A stretch of 64,000 nt of DNA from Octopus sinensis. Its lineage: Eukaryota. The notes under the pieces are model-generated. The model was not told the origin of the DNA. It saw only the letters and a list, made by a program, of their open reading frames with translations, and made no database searches. Made by a program: the position numbers and the translations under genes. Positions 63,230 to 64,000 of the stretch are shown here, piece by piece. The stretch's first letter is position 1. Every line of letters begins with the position of its first letter. The stretch is from contig NC_043005.1 of the NCBI RefSeq assembly GCF_006345805.1, positions 76,632,001 to 76,696,000 of the forward strand, read 5' to 3'.

Positions 63230-64000
63230 TCAACCTTTATTTCAATGCATACATTGAAACATCATTATTGTAGTGATCTTTATTTTCTCTTATTTCATTT
63301 CTTTAATCAAAACTTAATTATCTTAACTTTTACAAAACTCTTGCTTACACGGATTTGAAATTTGTAGTAAAAAGTGCAAGAAATCTTGCGTACAAACTAT
63401 ATGTAAGAAATGAGAAAAGTAGATTCATCAACAATATTCTCTTAAACAGTCTTAAACAATATTCTCTTAAATAGTGTAATATATCATCTTTCCTCAATGA
63501 AGCACATAAAACTGTAGTTTCTTAGGGCGAATTATACATTTTTTGTTACATCAAATCAATATCACGTGCGAATATAGAACACTCATCAAACAACATTAAA
63601 TAACAACGCATTTTAAAAATAACATAACTCAGTTGTAAAGTTTTTATCATATTTTAATAATCCTCTTTATCGCAATGAAATTCAAAAACGTTGTTCTTTG
63701 TTGGGTTTATCAATTACTTGTAGCAATGATCTTTGAGTTGTAATCTCAAGCATCACAGATTAAGTAATCGAAATTGTTAATTACAAAATTGTGAGAAGGA
63801 AGAGAAAGAAAAAAATTGATAAAGTAAAATAGAATTTGCGAAACAAATTAAGAAAATGGAATTACCAAAATATTCTACCAATAGAAGAAAAAAAAAAGCA
63901 ACTCCTCTTTAAAACATTGCACTTATTGTACCATGTGTAATCAAAGAAAATCTGAATGATCCCGATTTAAAAAGAGAAAAATTATAAAGAAAGAATATAA

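Overview
AT-rich, microsatellite-dense eukaryotic DNA. The SINE families and composition suggest an octopus or other cephalopod genome (inference). No host protein-coding gene is confidently visible, and almost all listed ORFs are dinucleotide-repeat artefacts. The window is dominated by mobile DNA: (i) a 7.3-kb Penelope-like element (PLE; RT plus GIY-YIG, Cys-rich linker) with 2.6/2.8-kb inverted arms at 14467-21750; (ii) fragments of other PLEs, CRE-, R4/Dong-, CR1/L2- and RTE-type LINEs, a pogo/Tigger transposase, mariner/hAT MITEs and Helentron-like elements; (iii) dozens of tRNA-derived SINEs. The main hidden signal is about 15 hammerhead-ribozyme (HHR) motifs found by hand in PLE-derived mini-elements, most of which end at (TA)n tracts. 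They include minimal type I HHRs with palindromic stem III, and natural U3-A8 and G3-C8 swaps of the tertiary C3-G8 pair. Most notably, a non-circularly permuted HHR architecture (strand order III/I, then II/III, then I/II) occurs in two sequence-unrelated families with fully compensatory stems. One family forms a 776-nt retrozyme-like unit with a ribozyme at each end. All structures were deduced by eye; none was folded computationally or tested. SINE family labels A-D are my own, and many element boundaries are approximate.
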